A stretch of 60,704 nt of DNA from Patescibacteria group bacterium (GTDB lineage: Bacteria; Patescibacteriota; Microgenomatia; 2-02-FULL-39-11): the NCBI GenBank assembly GCA_023379265.1, contig JAMCUI010000015.1:1-60704 (forward strand), read 5' to 3'. Under the pieces are notes generated by a model. It did no database searches, had not been told where the DNA came from, and saw only the letters and a program-made list of their open reading frames with translations. Numbering within the stretch: the first letter of the stretch is position 1; every line of letters begins with the position of its first letter. A program made the translations under genes and the position numbers. Of the stretch, positions 57,978-60,704 are shown in pieces.

Positions 57978-58448
57978 ATGAGACACCAAGTTTTCGGCAA
58001 AAAATTCAACCGGGACATAAAAGAGAGAAAAGCTCTTTTCAAAAGTCTTTTGACAGGACTCATTGATACCGGTAAGATAAAGACCACTTTGCCCAAAGGA
58101 AAGGCAATAGTCAGGCTTGCCGACAAATTAGTGTCCCAGGTCAAAAGCGGCTCTCTCAGCCAGCTGTCACAGGTGACTGCCTTTCTAGCAAAGAAAGACC
58201 TGGTTGATAAGCTCGTAAAAGATATTGCTCCCAGATTTGGAGGCGTGACCGGCGGATATGTGCGTATGGTCAGGCTTGGCAAAAGGGCTGGGGATGGCAG
58301 CGAGGAAGTATCCCTTTCCTGGAGTCGCGAAGCGCTCAAAAAAGAAAAGGAAGAAACACCCAGGAAAGCGGCCAAAAAAGAGGTAAAAAAAGAGACCAAA
58401 AAAAGCAGTAAAAAAGAAACTGTCACGAAGAAGGAAACCAAAAGATGA
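57978..58448 (+). CDS. rplQ: 50S ribosomal protein L17 with a Lys-rich tail
   Basis: MRHQVFGKKFNRD...GGYVRMVRLG, then a KKEKEETPRKAAKKEVKK... tail. Confidence 0.93.
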   Translation: MRHQVFGKKFNRDIKERKALFKSLLTGLIDTGKIKTTLPKGKAIVRLADKLVSQVKSGSLSQLSQVTAFLAKKDLVDKLVKDIAPRFGGVTGGYVRMVRLGKRAGDGSEEVSLSWSREALKKEKEETPRKAAKKEVKKETKKSSKKETVTKKETKR

Positions 58449-58870
58449 AATACACCAAAGCGACAAAAGCAAAAGATGTGAGACGCGCCTGGCATTTAGT
58501 TGATGTAGGCGGCAAAATCCTGGGACGGGAGTCCACCAAGATTGCCCAGCTTCTTATAGGCAAAGGGAAACCCTATTTTGTCCCAAGCCTTGACTGCGGG
58601 GATTATGTAGTCATCATAAATGCAGCAAAAGTTGCCCTGACAGGAAAGAAGAAAGAGACCAAAGTCTATATGAGATTTTCAGGTTACCCGGGTGGACTGA
58701 AGGTAAAGACGTTTGCCGATGTGCTTATAGAGAACCCGACAAGGATAATACGGGAGTCAGTAGCCGGTATGTTGCCTCAGAACAAACTGAAAGATAAGAT
58801 GCTTAAGAGACTTTATATCTATGCCGATGCCAATCATCCGTATGCACAAAAGTTCAAAAACGATAATTAA
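58445..58870 (+). CDS. rplM: 50S ribosomal protein L13
   Basis: RAWHLVDVGGKILGR... Confidence 0.95.
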   Translation: MKYTKATKAKDVRRAWHLVDVGGKILGRESTKIAQLLIGKGKPYFVPSLDCGDYVVIINAAKVALTGKKKETKVYMRFSGYPGGLKVKTFADVLIENPTRIIRESVAGMLPQNKLKDKMLKRLYIYADANHPYAQKFKNDN

Positions 58871-58887
58871 TATTTAGACGCAAAATT

Positions 58888-59418
58888 ATGCCAAGAAAAA
58901 AGAAAGAAGAAAAAGTAGAAGTAAAGGAAAAAGACACAAAAGTCAAAGAGGTTGAAGGGGCAGTTGTAGCCAAAAGCGCAAAGAAACAGACTTTTTATCA
59001 GGCTGTTGGTAGGAGAAAGGTCTCTACAGCCCGCGTCAGGCTATACGTTGTCAGTTCAGGCGAGATAGAAGTTGGCGGAGTAAAATTGAAAAAGGGCGAT
59101 ATAGTCGTGAACAAAAGACCGGTTGATAAATATTTTCCGGGTGCTGTCTACCAGAAATTATACCAAGCGCCTTTTGCCACTACGGAAAATGTCGGACGGT
59201 TTGCCGTGTCGGCGGTCATTGACGGTGGAGGACTAGCCGGACAATTGGGTGCATTTGTACATGCAGCGTCCCGTGCCCTTCTTTTGGTTGACAGCGATAA
59301 ATACAGACCCGTTCTCAAAAACGCCGGTTTTCTCACTCGTGATCCCAGAAGCAAGGAAAGAAGAAAAGCCGGGAATGCCCAGAAGGCAAGGGCAAAGAAA
59401 CAATCTCCAAAACGTTAA
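58888..59418 (+). CDS. rpsI: 30S ribosomal protein S9 with a Lys/Glu-rich N-terminal extension
   Basis: GRRKVSTARVRL...TRDPRSKERRKAG...KQSPKR. Confidence 0.95.
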   Translation: MPRKKKEEKVEVKEKDTKVKEVEGAVVAKSAKKQTFYQAVGRRKVSTARVRLYVVSSGEIEVGGVKLKKGDIVVNKRPVDKYFPGAVYQKLYQAPFATTENVGRFAVSAVIDGGGLAGQLGAFVHAASRALLLVDSDKYRPVLKNAGFLTRDPRSKERRKAGNAQKARAKKQSPKR

Positions 59419-59656
59419 AACAGCAGATAACAAGAAACAAATAACAAAGAATCCTTCTCAATTGTTTCCGCCGACAATCAACCACGAACGACAAACAAAT
59501 AATTTTCTGTGTTATTATATTTTCATGGGAAAGATTGATTGGAAAAAACTTGTTGGCGCTAGCCTCGGAGTTGAGAGATTTGTCTTTTGTGCAGGCTGAG
59601 ATACATCGGTAACACTTCTTTGTTAGAATAACGGTTCAAAACAGGGAGGTGTTTTT

Positions 59657-60704
59657 CATGCTTATACAAAACAGGGAAGACAGGAAATGGGTACTAAGGC
59701 AGAATTTCAAAGGCGGGAAACCTGAGGTCACAACATATACCATGTGGAGATATCAGGCCGTGGTTAACAATCTATCTTTGGAAGCCAGGCAGAGACTTGA
59801 ATGGTTCGTCTTCTTCTATACGATTGCTAACAGGAACAATTCCCTGACAGCCTCATATTTTGGTATCGCCAGGAAGACCTTCCATAAGTGGAAAAGACGT
59901 TTTGATCCAACTAATATATTTACACTTGAACAGTATTCCAGGGCACCCAGGAAGAGACGGCAGTGGACGGTAACTTACGGGGAAGAAAGAAACATCAGGG
60001 AGCTAAGGGAAAAGCACATGAAGTGGGGAAAGAAGAAGCTTAAGGTAGTATACAAAAGAGCCTATGGAGTTAATATCTCCACCAACAAGATCCAGAAAGT
60101 CATCAGCAGATACAGCCTCTATCCTGATCCGGTTACTCATAAAAGGAAGCTGAAAAGAAGGGTAAAGAGAAGAGACAAGACATATATTAATACATTCGAG
60201 AAGAAAAAGGAGCTGGGATTTCTGTGGCATACAGATTCAGTCATCATCTGGTGGTATGGGGCAAGAAGGGTGATCTTTACGGCAGTTGAGGAATGTACCA
60301 GGATTGCCTATGCCAGAGCCTATACCACCAATTCCTCAAAGAATGCCAAGGACTTCCTTCAAAGACTACTCTATCTTGCCAATCACCAGGTGCAGCATAT
60401 CCACCATGACAACGGCAGTGAGTTTTATGGACAGTTTGAGCAGGCCTGTAAGGAAATGGGAATACAGCAGATATTCTCCAGGGTAAGAACTCCCAAGGAT
60501 AATCCTGCTCTTGAGAGATTTAATTGGACGGTACAGGATGAATGGCTTTCCCTGTCACCTTATGGGTTGGATGATATTGATATTGCCAACCGGGATTTAA
60601 CAGATTGGCTTGTGGAATACAATAGCGTGAGACCGCACAATAGTCTTGATAATATGACCCCAATTGAGTATGCTACGAAAATGTTCGAAGTGTCACCGAT
60701 GTGG
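59657..60704 (+). CDS. rve (integrase-core) DDE transposase, IS481/IS3-like; 3' end runs off the window
   Basis: Hand-translated open frame from the ATG at 59657 (SD GGGAGG 8 nt upstream), absent from the ORF track because it has no stop. Has an HTH-like N-terminus and the DDE core WHTD...HHDNGSEF...NPALERFNWTVQDEW. Confidence 0.85.

Noticed and set aside
2315-59418. An alternative genetic code (UGA recoding, as in some CPR lineages).
   Set aside because: UGA terminates well-conserved genes at their expected ends (rpoB, rpsJ, rpsN, rplW), and all conserved proteins are full length under the standard code.

Overview
This 60.7 kb window comes from a small-genome bacterium and uses the standard genetic code (UGA is a stop). 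Gene content looks like Candidate Phyla Radiation/Patescibacteria: there is no L30 gene between rpsE and rplO, several ribosomal proteins carry Lys- or Ala-rich tails, and some genes look archaeal. This lineage call is an inference.

The backbone is the conserved transcription/translation supercluster. It runs rpoB-rpoC-rpsL-rpsG-fusA (2.3-12.7 kb), then tuf-rpsJ-rplCDWB-rpsS-rplV-rpsC-rplP-rpmC-rpsQ-rplNXE-rpsN-rpsH-rplFR-rpsE-rplO-secY-adk-map-infA-rpmJ-rpsMKD-rpoA-rplQ-rplM-rpsI (40.3-59.4 kb).

fusA and tuf are separated by about 27.5 kb of accessory genes:
- a Crp/Fnr regulator, YggT, a GNAT and a membrane acyltransferase
- a P-type ATPase
- an SHMT gene behind a T-box leader
- an HD hydrolase
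- a NikMN/Q/O-type ECF metal importer
- Zur-ZnuABC
- envelope enzymes
- an ArsR regulator with a DUF302-glutaredoxin fusion
- a GT39-like glycosyltransferase

The window is bounded by two unrelated transposase genes, IS1595-like on the left and rve/IS481-like (partial) on the right.

The most unusual signal is in the ribosomal operons. The 3' coding ends, stop codon included, of four essential genes (tuf, rpsJ, rpsN, rpsH) reappear 70-77 nt downstream as repeat-spacer-repeat blocks. Three are perfect or near-perfect copies. The fourth is a diverged copy whose substitutions look like those of a coding sequence. Assembly artefact has not been excluded for any of them.

Other notable items:
- a canonical T-box antiterminator/terminator in front of glyA
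- a promoter, mini-ORF and terminator module between rpsJ and rplC
- a dispersed intergenic motif (ATTTAATCCTTCGCNGAAATCTCCGGG)
- a 131-nt multi-segment hairpin at 32.4 kb

No rRNA gene, tRNA gene or CRISPR array was found.
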